NCBI GenBank assembly: GCA_001822215.1
Contig: MHQD01000032.1
Span: 1-34,067 of the forward strand
DNA: 34,067 nucleotides
From: Candidatus Sungbacteria bacterium RIFCSPHIGHO2_01_FULL_50_25
GTDB taxonomy: Bacteria > Patescibacteriota > Minisyncoccia > Sungbacterales > HO2-52-23
Direction: 5' to 3'
Shown: piece by piece, positions 7,542 to 14,937 of the stretch
Position numbering within the stretch: position 1 is the stretch's first letter
Layout: every line of letters begins with the position of its first letter
Position numbers and translations under genes: made by a program
Notes under the pieces: generated by a model
Database searches by the model: none
What the model saw: the letters and a program-made list of their open reading frames with translations, nothing else
What the model was told of the DNA's origin: nothing

Positions 7542-8171
7542 ATGCTCTATCCGAGGCCCGTACAAGACCTTATTGACCTTTTTGCGAAATTTCCCGGCAT
7601 CGGCCCGCGGCAAGCGGCTCGGTTTGCTTTTTTTTTGTTGCGGGACGCAACGTCTCTCGTACCACTTTTAAAATCTTCTTTGGATGACATAGAGAAAAGC
7701 GTCGCGTTTTGCAAAGAATGTTTCCGAGCAACGGAAAAAAATGGTACGCCATTACTCTGCGCATTTTGCCGCGACTCGAAGCGAAATGCATCGCTTATCG
7801 CAGTTGTCGAAAAAGAATCTGATATGCAAAATATCGAGAAAACCGGCGCATTTCGCGGCAGATATCATATCCTCGGCGGCACGATTTCTACGCTTGACCC
7901 TGAATCCCCAAAACGACTCCATTTACGCGAGCTCCACGCCCGCGTCTCGAAAGCGCTCAAAGACATGCCGGAGACTGAAGTCATTCTTGCAACCGCCGCG
8001 ACCTCCGAAGGAGACATGACCGCGCTCTATATCGAGCGTGTCCTCTCGCCTCTCAAAAACGGCAACCCGAAACTCAAACTGACGCGCCTTGGCCGCGGGC
8101 TTTCCGCCGGGTCAGAGCTCGAATACGCGGACGATCAAACGCTTCGAAATGCCCTGAAAAACCGGGGGTAA
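7542..8171 (+). CDS. recR: recombination protein RecR
   Basis: 209 aa with the HhH N-terminus LIDLFAKFPGIGPRQAARFAFFLL, the C4 zinc finger CKEC...CAFC, and a Toprim-like remainder. Confidence 0.92.
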   Translation: MLYPRPVQDLIDLFAKFPGIGPRQAARFAFFLLRDATSLVPLLKSSLDDIEKSVAFCKECFRATEKNGTPLLCAFCRDSKRNASLIAVVEKESDMQNIEKTGAFRGRYHILGGTISTLDPESPKRLHLRELHARVSKALKDMPETEVILATAATSEGDMTALYIERVLSPLKNGNPKLKLTRLGRGLSAGSELEYADDQTLRNALKNRG

Positions 8172-8210
8172 CAAAAAACCCTGGCGATACCATGGGGTTA
8201 TTTTGTGTTT
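8172..8210. terminator. bidirectional hairpin between convergent recR and rplU
   Basis: CCCTGG-cgata-CCATGGG forms a 6-bp stem with one bulge. An A-run lies upstream and a T-rich run downstream on the plus strand. On the minus strand the stem is followed by TTTTTTGT. Confidence 0.4.
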
Positions 8211-8515
8211 ATTCCGGTTATTTCAACTTCAGTATAATGCTGACGATGACCTTTTTTCTTTCGCCACCGCGCTTTTGGACGATATTTAAACACGATGACT
8301 TTTCGTGCGCGCGCATGCAAAAGTACTTTGGCGTGTATGGATGCTCCAGGAATCGTTGGAGTCCCGATTATGATATTATCACCGTCATCAACCGAGAGAA
8401 GAACCTCGGTACACACAAAATTCCCGCCCTCGGCGGCATCGATTTTCTCGATCTTCAATTTTTTGCCCGGGCTCACAATATACTGTTTTCCGCCGGTTCT
8501 GATAACAGCCCACAT
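8198..8515 (-). CDS. rplU: 50S ribosomal protein L21 (bL21)
   Basis: 105 aa. MWAVIRTGGKQYIVSPGKKLKIEKI is the canonical bL21 N-terminus. Confidence 0.9.
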   Translation of the reverse strand: MWAVIRTGGKQYIVSPGKKLKIEKIDAAEGGNFVCTEVLLSVDDGDNIIIGTPTIPGASIHAKVLLHARARKVIVFKYRPKARWRKKKGHRQHYTEVEITGINTK

Positions 8516-8523
8516 ACTGTTAT

Positions 8524-8552
8524 AGGATAAAAAATAAAACGCTTTTTGTCAA
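8524..8552 (-). promoter_or_regulatory. sigma70-like promoter for rplU
   Basis: On the minus strand: TTGACA (8552-8547), a 17-bp spacer, then TATCCT (8529-8524). The -10 ends 8 nt upstream of the rplU ATG. Confidence 0.45.
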
Positions 8553-8578
8553 CAAAATACGGCCCATGAGCCGTTTTG
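8550..8578 (-). terminator. intrinsic terminator after the 8581..9339 gene
   Basis: On the minus strand: ACGGC-TCATGG-GCCGT followed by ATTTTGTTG. Confidence 0.45.
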
Positions 8579-8580
8579 GT

Positions 8581-9339
8581 TTAGACAGGTACGTGCGCGG
8601 ATGCGGGATCAGAAAGCTTTTCGAGCCGGCTCCTGTTAGCGCGAAGGAGCAGGAGCGCCCGCTCGAGTACTGCGCTGACTTCATCAAATTTCGGCATTTC
8701 GCTTCTTACCCGAGATAAAAGATCATTAATTTGATTTCTGATTTCCCAGAGATTCGGACTCTTTTGGAACAACTCGCGGCGAAGAGTCGCCGCGTCATCG
8801 CGCGCCACGATCTTCGCGTTGATTTCAATGTGCAATATCTCCTCAAGCTCGCGAATCTTTTTATCCCGCACTTCGAGTGAATATCGATCGTAATCCGACG
8901 TGCGCTTCCGAAGGAGATACAACACCACGATTCCAACAAAGATGATAACCGCGGCAACAGTTTTCATTATCATATCCACATACCCCCATGCGATTTCCTT
9001 CTCCTCCGAAAGGAGTTTTACCGTTGTCTCAAGAGACCGAATCGTCATTACGCCGGATATAATATCGAGTCGAAGGTCGTTCGAAGTGTGCGTGTGGCGG
9101 GCCTCGACGGCCTTGAGCCGGGACGTGAGGATTGAAGCATCGCTCCGAGCGAGCGCAAGATCGCGCTTTGCACTCGCGTTCTTCGCTTCAAGCGCGCGAA
9201 CGTAGTCAAAACACGTACGGGCGTCATAGTACTCGCCATCCGGATCGCACGGATTTTGCTGGGCCTCGGCAACCGATGGAAAGAACCCGAGCGCGAAGGA
9301 AACGATGACACTTGCGAAAACTCCACCGAAGAATCGCAT
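8581..9339 (-). CDS. hypothetical secreted/membrane coiled-coil protein
   Basis: 252 aa. A strong SD (AAGGAGGA) lies 4 nt upstream of the ATG. The N-terminal signal peptide is MRFFGGVFASVIVSFALGFFPSVAEA. There is a central TM (VAAVIIFVGIVVLYLL) with heptad-like charged regions on both sides. I recognise no family. Confidence 0.6.
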   Translation of the reverse strand: MRFFGGVFASVIVSFALGFFPSVAEAQQNPCDPDGEYYDARTCFDYVRALEAKNASAKRDLALARSDASILTSRLKAVEARHTHTSNDLRLDIISGVMTIRSLETTVKLLSEEKEIAWGYVDMIMKTVAAVIIFVGIVVLYLLRKRTSDYDRYSLEVRDKKIRELEEILHIEINAKIVARDDAATLRRELFQKSPNLWEIRNQINDLLSRVRSEMPKFDEVSAVLERALLLLRANRSRLEKLSDPASAHVPV

Positions 9340-9404
9340 ACGTCCTCCTTCGTATATGTCGGAATCAAACTAGCACAATTCTCGAAATAAATCAATGCCG
9401 AATG

Positions 9405-10496
9405 CTATTCGATTTCTTTGGGGCCTGAAACCGTATTCGCCTCGATCCCGATTTTTTCTCCGGTTATTCTCAAAAAATCCTTGTCTATTTTCCCGAACTC
9501 CTTATACGCGTGATTATACATGCTTACCGTCGTGCCAAGATTTTTCCCCAGCTTATCAAAATATATGTTATACCCGTCCAAGTGTTTCTTTAGATTCTCA
9601 ACCTGCCCGATAATCTCGCGCGCTTGCTCGGAAATTTTTTGATTTTTGAGCCCCTGGAGAACAGTCTGAAGATACGCAAGAAACGAAGTGGGAGAAACGA
9701 CGATAACCCGTTTTTGCCCCGCGTAATGAATCAAATTGCGAGTGTCGTCTCCGATCGCGCCCACTTTATTGATAAGCAAATCATAGTATACGGCTTCAGA
9801 CGGAATGAACATGAAGGCAAAATCCATGGTGTCTTCCTCCGGCTTTACATATTTTGACGTTTCATCAATCCGATTTTTTAAGTCCTGAACAAATGCGCTT
9901 TCGTAGCGCTTTCGCTCGAGCGCGTCTTTTGCTTCGAGAATCCTGTTATAATTTTCCAAGCTGAATTTTGAATCAATCGGAATAATCCGCTTGTCGACGA
10001 AAACAACCGCGTCGACAATCACGTTATTCGAAAACGGATACTGCATTTTGTAGGAACCCGGCGGAAGCACATTTTTGAGCACGGTCTCAAGATAATATTC
10101 GCCCAATATCCCTCTTTGTTTCGGATTTTTCAAAATATCCTGGAGGCTCTGCAATTGGCTCGAGAAATTTACCACCTGCCTGTTTGTTTCGTCGAGTTTT
10201 GTTAATTTCTCCGTAACCTCACTGATAAGGCGGGCTGATTGTCCTGAAATTCCCTGAATCAAATCGGCTGTTTTACCCAATTGTTCCTGGTTTGAACGGT
10301 GCGTCTCGCTTAGCTTTATATCTATCAAATGCCTCAATTCACGATTCTGCTCTGAAAGATGGCTAAGACGCTCCATAAGCGCGCCTTCCTTCTGTGACTC
10401 CTCCGTGTCCCCTTTTCCCCCGCGAGAAAGATACCAAAAGATCCCTCCGAAACCGAGTACTAAAACCGCTAATATAAGCCAAAATTGGACGTCCAT
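9405..10496 (-). CDS. rmuC: DNA recombination protein RmuC
   Basis: 363 aa with an N-terminal TM, a long coiled coil and an RmuC-type C-terminal region (FAFMFIPSEAVYYDLL...VVSPTSFLAYLQTV). Confidence 0.88.
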   Translation of the reverse strand: MDVQFWLILAVLVLGFGGIFWYLSRGGKGDTEESQKEGALMERLSHLSEQNRELRHLIDIKLSETHRSNQEQLGKTADLIQGISGQSARLISEVTEKLTKLDETNRQVVNFSSQLQSLQDILKNPKQRGILGEYYLETVLKNVLPPGSYKMQYPFSNNVIVDAVVFVDKRIIPIDSKFSLENYNRILEAKDALERKRYESAFVQDLKNRIDETSKYVKPEEDTMDFAFMFIPSEAVYYDLLINKVGAIGDDTRNLIHYAGQKRVIVVSPTSFLAYLQTVLQGLKNQKISEQAREIIGQVENLKKHLDGYNIYFDKLGKNLGTTVSMYNHAYKEFGKIDKDFLRITGEKIGIEANTVSGPKEIE

Positions 10497-10523
10497 AAAG
10501 AGTTTTTTACGCTTTTTTACCTT

Positions 10524-10552
10524 GACTTTTTTGCCTCCCGGATGTATACTTG
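10524..10552 (+). promoter_or_regulatory. near-consensus sigma70 promoter
   Basis: TTGACT (10524-10529), an exactly 17-bp spacer, then TATACT (10547-10552). Confidence 0.45.
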
Positions 10553-10557
10553 GATAA

Positions 10558-10593
10558 GATCACGGGTTAATGTGCCGTGATTTTTTGTTTTCC
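10558..10593 (+). terminator. terminator-like hairpin immediately downstream of the promoter
   Basis: ATCACGG-gttaatgtg-CCGTGAT (10561-10583) is followed by TTTTTTGTTTT (10584-10593). The run of Ts is on the plus strand only. Confidence 0.4.
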
Positions 10594-10828
10594 GGGGTTT
10601 TATGGAATTCGATGGTTCGACCCTAATCCCCTGGCAAGCTCAAAAAAGCGACGTGTATAAAATCTGAGCTAATGTGAGGATTGCCAGAAAGCCCCAGCCG
10701 GGGAGTACTCGCAAACCTCTTATTATATTAGCGCATATCTTTCAGTAATAATACTTACGGTTGCACTCTTTGTCCCGCAAGAGGCGAAAGAAGCGGAAAA
10801 CTCCCCTTTCCACGCCTATATTCATCCG

Positions 10829-11167
10829 GTGCCCCACACCCTCCCGCTGGAGGAGCGAAAGGCAATGGATGTAAAAGAATTCGCGGAACGCACCGCGCGC
10901 GAGGCTGGCCTTCGGCCGGACCTTATTCAAAATCTTATCCGATGCGAGTCCGAATGGAAATTGGATGCAAAAGGCGACAACGGCGCCTCATACGGCATTC
11001 TTCAATTCAAGGCGCCGACATTTGCGCTTTTTTCAAAAAAGTACGGTCTTGAAGATCTTGAGATAGAAAACCCCTATCACCAGATCGAGCTTGCGTCGCT
11101 CATGATCCGAGACGGCTATATCATACACTGGAAAAACTGCGGCAAGAAACTCGGACTCATAAAATAA
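10829..11167 (+). CDS. lytic transglycosylase (SLT-domain) protein; true 5' end probably upstream
   Basis: The catalytic-Glu context LIRCESEWKLDAKGDNGASYGILQF is typical of SLT/lysozyme-like folds. The frame is open back to 10673 and encodes a hydrophobic anchor (ISAYLSVIILTVALFV), but it has no ATG, GTG or TTG before 10829. Confidence 0.7.
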   Translation: MPHTLPLEERKAMDVKEFAERTAREAGLRPDLIQNLIRCESEWKLDAKGDNGASYGILQFKAPTFALFSKKYGLEDLEIENPYHQIELASLMIRDGYIIHWKNCGKKLGLIK

Positions 11168-11175
11168 CAACCAAT

Positions 11176-11210
11176 CGAAAAGCTCCTACGGACTACCGAG
11201 GAGCTTTTCG
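11176..11210. terminator. perfect 12-bp hairpin between convergent SLT and phosphomannomutase genes
   Basis: CGAAAAGCTCCT (11176-11187), an 11-nt loop, then AGGAGCTTTTCG (11199-11210). The right arm overlaps the last codons of the minus-strand gene. The flanking T-runs are only weak. Confidence 0.45.
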
Positions 11211-12556
11211 ATTTCCGCTCGTTTCTCGCGAAGAAGCTCCTCGGTATCGGCTTCGATTACAAGCCGCACAACAGGCTCTGTATTCGACGCTCGGATATTA
11301 AACCACCAATCGGGAAATTCGATTGTGACGCCGTCAATCTCGCCCACTCGGACGTTTGGCGCGCGGCGATATCGATTCCGGGCGTCCGCAAGCGCTCGCG
11401 CTTTGTCGCGAACCGTAACATTCAATTCGCCGGTCGATGCAAACTGAATGTCCGGCTCAACAATTTTTGAAACAGGCAAGGGCGACCCCGAAACATATTC
11501 TGCAAATGCAAGGAACGCAAAAATCCCGGAGTCGTCATACGAAAAATCCTTGAAAAAGTAATGGCCCGAGCGCTCCACGCTTATGGGCGACGCGAATTTC
11601 CTCATAGCCGTCTGAAGAAACACGTATCCGCGCCGCGAAAGCTCCACCCGCCCGCCGTGTTCCTCGATCGCGCGGCGCACGGCGCGCGACGTATCAACGG
11701 GGAGGACGATGACCGCTTTTCTCTTCTTCTCGAGCGCCTTGAGCGCGATGGGAAGAAACACGAACTGCGAATCGAGCAGATTCGCTTTTTCATCAAAAAA
11801 CATGACCCGATCGCCGTCCCCGTCAAATGCAACTCCAAAATTGTATTTTCCCCGCCCGAGCTCCGCTTTTATCCATTTTTGGGATTCGGGAAGAAGCGGA
11901 TTCGGCGGATGTTTTTTAAACGAGCCATCGGGCTCAAAAAAAAGCGGAGTGTATTCGATGTTCGGAAAAAGAGAAAGAATCTGCGGAAGAAAAAGCGCGG
12001 TACTCCCCCCTCCGGCGTCGATCGCGACCCGAATGCGCCGCTTTATGGAAATATGTTTTGAAAAAAATGAAATATATTTTTCCCGGTAACTATTGTTGAA
12101 CTCTATGTTCCCGAGCATTTTTGCGCGCCGCGTCTTGCCGCGAGACGCGATTGCGCGTATCTTCTCAAGTCCGGTGCCAAGAAAGATTGACTCCCCCGAC
12201 CGCCCGCGGATTTTCAGCCCGTTATACTCTCGGGGGTTATGCGATGCCGTGACCATAATTCCGCCGTCCGCTTTTCTCTGATGCATGAGAAAGCAAAAAA
12301 ACGGACTTGTCCCCACTCCGGCGTCAATCACATCGCTTCCCTGAACGATAATCCCGCGCACAAGCGCATCGCGAAGGGACTCCGACGAAATACGAACGTC
12401 GCGGCATACAAAAAACCTTCCTCTCTTTTTGTGAAGTTTTTTCGTTATATACTCCGCGGTAGCGTATCCGATCCTTTCGACAGCATCCTCATCGAGTTCG
12501 CTTGGATATTTGCCGCGGATATCGTATGCTTTGAAAATGTCTGGATTGATATTCAG
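11186..12556 (-). CDS. phosphomannomutase/phosphoglucomutase (alpha-D-phosphohexomutase family)
   Basis: Active-site loop TASHNP (IMVTASHNPREYNG) and the Mg-binding loop FDGDGDR. The track ORF starts at the GTG at 12361. The same frame stays open to 12580 and encodes the conserved N-terminus NINPDIFKAYDIRGKYPSELDEDAVERIGYA. The only plausible starts are CTG (12556-12554), ATC (12550-12548) or ATT (12538-12536). Confidence 0.85.
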   Translation of the reverse strand: MNINPDIFKAYDIRGKYPSELDEDAVERIGYATAEYITKKLHKKRGRFFVCRDVRISSESLRDALVRGIIVQGSDVIDAGVGTSPFFCFLMHQRKADGGIMVTASHNPREYNGLKIRGRSGESIFLGTGLEKIRAIASRGKTRRAKMLGNIEFNNSYREKYISFFSKHISIKRRIRVAIDAGGGSTALFLPQILSLFPNIEYTPLFFEPDGSFKKHPPNPLLPESQKWIKAELGRGKYNFGVAFDGDGDRVMFFDEKANLLDSQFVFLPIALKALEKKRKAVIVLPVDTSRAVRRAIEEHGGRVELSRRGYVFLQTAMRKFASPISVERSGHYFFKDFSYDDSGIFAFLAFAEYVSGSPLPVSKIVEPDIQFASTGELNVTVRDKARALADARNRYRRAPNVRVGEIDGVTIEFPDWWFNIRASNTEPVVRLVIEADTEELLREKRAEIEKLLGSP

Positions 12557-12631
12557 AACGTTAAAACCGTTATAATCGTTCTAAACGATTTGGGCGATTA
12601 GAACGGCTAAAACAATTCTAACAGAAAAACT

Positions 12632-13801
12632 ATGTCACTCAAAATAGGTATCGTAGGCCTCCCGAACGTGGGTAAATCCACCCTGTTTCAGGCGCTCACG
12701 CGCCAATCGGTTGAAATCGCAAACTATCCGTTTGCGACAATCGACCCGAATATAGGCGTTGTACCCGTTCCCGACGAACGGCTCCTAAAGCTCGCCCAAA
12801 TGTCAAAATCCAGAAAAATCGTTCCGGCGGCAATTGAATTCGTTGATATTGCGGGCCTTGTCAAGGGCGCCTCAGTTGGCGCGGGACTCGGAAACAAATT
12901 TCTCACAAATATCCGGGAAGTCGACGCAATCGCCGAAGTAGTGCGCGTATTCGAGGATAACAATATCATTCACGTCTCCGGAAAGACAGATCCTATATCT
13001 GATATTGAAACAATTTCCTACGAGCTTGCGATGAAAGATCTGGAGACCGTTTTGAAGCGCCTCGAATCTGTGGAGCGCGACGTGCGCGCAGGAAAAAAAG
13101 AAGCTATCGCGGAAAAAGCCGTTCTCGAAGTGCTCCGAAGCGCTTTTGACACCGCAACACCTGCACGAAGCATCCGCCCACACGGAAAAAACGAAGCCGA
13201 GGAATTTGATGCTGTCGCGCACGCGCTCTCGCTCCTCACCGCAAAGCCGATTCTCTTTGTGCTGAATGCTTCGGAAAGTATGGTTCAAGAAAGTTGGAAA
13301 CCCGAAGGCGCTCTTTTGAAAGCGCTTTGCGGTGCCGAGTACGCCGTCATAAGCGCAAAAATCGAATCCGAGCTCGCCGAACTTCCAGACGAAGAACGAA
13401 AAGAATTTCTTTCGTCACTCGGACTTCGAGAAAGCGGACTTGCCCCGTTAGAGATCCGTTCCGCCGAAGGCGGAACGGCAGATACCAGAGGCATCTTATC
13501 TCTAACGGGGCTAGATCAACTGATACGCTTGAGCTACGAAACGCTCGCCCTCATGACTTTTTTTACCACAGGAGAGGACGAATCACGCGCGTGGACCATT
13601 CCAAAGGGATCAACCGCCCCGCGGGCGGGCCGCGCAATACACTCGGATTTTGAAGAAAAATTTATTCGGGCTGATATCATAGAATGGAATAAGCTCCTCA
13701 AGATCGGATCATGGACGCGCGCCCGCGAACTTGGAACACTCCGCACCGAAGGGAAAGAATATATTGTAAAAGACGGGGACGTAGTTGAATTTAAAATATA
13801 G
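12632..13801 (+). CDS. ychF: ribosome-binding ATPase YchF, carrying a 24-aa insertion
   Basis: G1 motif GLPNVGKST, the YchF helical insert, and a TGS-like C-terminus (RAWTIPKGSTAPRAGRAIHSDFEEKFIRA...EGKEYIVKDGDVVEFKI). Confidence 0.93.
   Translation: MSLKIGIVGLPNVGKSTLFQALTRQSVEIANYPFATIDPNIGVVPVPDERLLKLAQMSKSRKIVPAAIEFVDIAGLVKGASVGAGLGNKFLTNIREVDAIAEVVRVFEDNNIIHVSGKTDPISDIETISYELAMKDLETVLKRLESVERDVRAGKKEAIAEKAVLEVLRSAFDTATPARSIRPHGKNEAEEFDAVAHALSLLTAKPILFVLNASESMVQESWKPEGALLKALCGAEYAVISAKIESELAELPDEERKEFLSSLGLRESGLAPLEIRSAEGGTADTRGILSLTGLDQLIRLSYETLALMTFFTTGEDESRAWTIPKGSTAPRAGRAIHSDFEEKFIRADIIEWNKLLKIGSWTRARELGTLRTEGKEYIVKDGDVVEFKI
13443..13510. mobile_element. MITE-like inverted-repeat element, copy D (68 bp), in-frame inside ychF
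   Basis: Perfect 13-bp termini CCCCGTTAGAGAT (13443-13455) and ATCTCTAACGGGG (13498-13510). An internal perfect 10-bp hairpin is CCGTTCCGCC-GAA-GGCGGAACGG (13456-13478). It is flanked by CTTG (13439-13442) and CTAG (13511-13514). Confidence 0.65.
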
Positions 13802-13833
13802 CGGCATGACCCCGCAAGCGCACACCTTATAAA

Positions 13834-13862
13834 GAAAAAACGCCCAATTGACAAGGGCGCGT
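13834..13862. terminator. bidirectional terminator between ychF and the DUF5317-like gene
   Basis: CGCCC-aattgacaa-GGGCG (13841-13859). On the minus strand it is followed by TTTTTTCTTT, and on the plus strand by cgTTGTATTAT. Confidence 0.55.
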
Positions 13863-13866
13863 TGTA

Positions 13867-14391
13867 TTATCGATTTTGCCGTGCACGCGTCTCAGGAATC
13901 ATCAGCGCACAACCAAGCGCGAGCAGGACATCTCCCATGCTTATGATATTCCCGAATGGCCCTGGAATCCAATCCCCGAGAAAGTTGAAAGATGTCATAA
14001 AGGACATGAGCGTATAATCGGCGTTTTCAAGAAACACATCTTTGACAAAGACCGGCATCCGCATGCCATTCGTGAGCTTCGCAACAGTATTTGCAAACGC
14101 TCCGCACCAGAATATCAAGAGACTAATCCCCGCATTGTGCAAATTTCCAACCGCAAAGATGAGAAGCATGAAAACAGAAACCGCTTTCGTTACATAGATA
14201 TCATGTGGAATCCCAAAAACCGCAAGCACCGAGGATAAGAACGCGGAGAGAAAATAGAACAAAAAGAGCCACATCGGCATTGTTTTTTTTGAAAACCAGA
14301 GGTAGAGCGCCACCCCGAATGGTATGGAAAGAACGAATCGAAATGCGTACGACGAATGGAGAAACTCGGTAAGATGCCCGACAATCTCCAT
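13867..14391 (-). CDS. polytopic membrane protein, DUF5317-like
   Basis: The ATG at 14391 is preceded by the SD AAGGAGAG. There are several TM helices. The motifs FANTVAKLTNGMRMPV and ISMGDVLLALG resemble my recollection of DUF5317. The longer track ORF (to 14487) would leave 2 bp before the divergent rpsF. Confidence 0.6.
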   Translation of the reverse strand: MEIVGHLTEFLHSSYAFRFVLSIPFGVALYLWFSKKTMPMWLFLFYFLSAFLSSVLAVFGIPHDIYVTKAVSVFMLLIFAVGNLHNAGISLLIFWCGAFANTVAKLTNGMRMPVFVKDVFLENADYTLMSFMTSFNFLGDWIPGPFGNIISMGDVLLALGCALMIPETRARQNR

Positions 14392-14489
14392 GTGCTCTCC
14401 TTCTCGAGGATATTGCATTCTGTTGTAGCGTACCCGGATAATTGCGTCAACCCTTGCTTTTCCCCATAAAACTGATACACTAATCAAAT

Positions 14490-14927
14490 ATGGAAAAAGA
14501 GCCGAAAAAATACGAAATCACGTATCTCCTCGCGCCTTCCATCGCAGAAGATGCGCTTGCAAATACCGTTCAAGCAATTCACACGGCCATCGAGGAAGAA
14601 AAGGGTTTTATTTCCCATTCCGAATCACCGCGGAAACGGCATCTCGCCTATCCGGTTGGAAAAGAAACAAGCGCGTATTTCGGCTGGACAAGATGCACGC
14701 TTCTCCCGAATGCGATTTCGGCTGTTGAAAAGAAAATAAAGGCAAATCCGTCCGTCATCCGGCACATTATCGTCGAAGATACGATACCCGCGATGGCGCC
14801 GCCCCGCATGCCCCGAATGATGCCTCCGACAATGCCTGCGGCACTCCCGAAACGCGAAGAAGAAGCCGATGAGCGCCTTGATCTTGAGGGACTCGATAAA
14901 AAATTGGAGGAAATACTTGGGAAATAA
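14490..14927 (+). CDS. rpsF: 30S ribosomal protein S6 (bS6) with C-terminal extension
   Basis: KYEITYLLAPSI...RKRHLAYPVGKE..AYF is an S6-like core. About 45 extra C-terminal residues are rich in P/M and then acidic residues. Confidence 0.88.
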   Translation: MEKEPKKYEITYLLAPSIAEDALANTVQAIHTAIEEEKGFISHSESPRKRHLAYPVGKETSAYFGWTRCTLLPNAISAVEKKIKANPSVIRHIIVEDTIPAMAPPRMPRMMPPTMPAALPKREEEADERLDLEGLDKKLEEILGK

Positions 14928-14937
14928 CGAACATGAA

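Noticed and set aside
10605-10635. GGTTCGACCC as a tRNA or tmRNA T-loop
   Set aside because: The flanking bases do not form a T-stem or an acceptor stem, and no other tRNA-like elements are present.
11561-12601. Plus-strand ORFs 11561..12061, 11709..12089 and 12239..12601 opposite the phosphomannomutase gene
   Set aside because: They lie antisense to a gene with clear catalytic motifs, and their translations are low-complexity.
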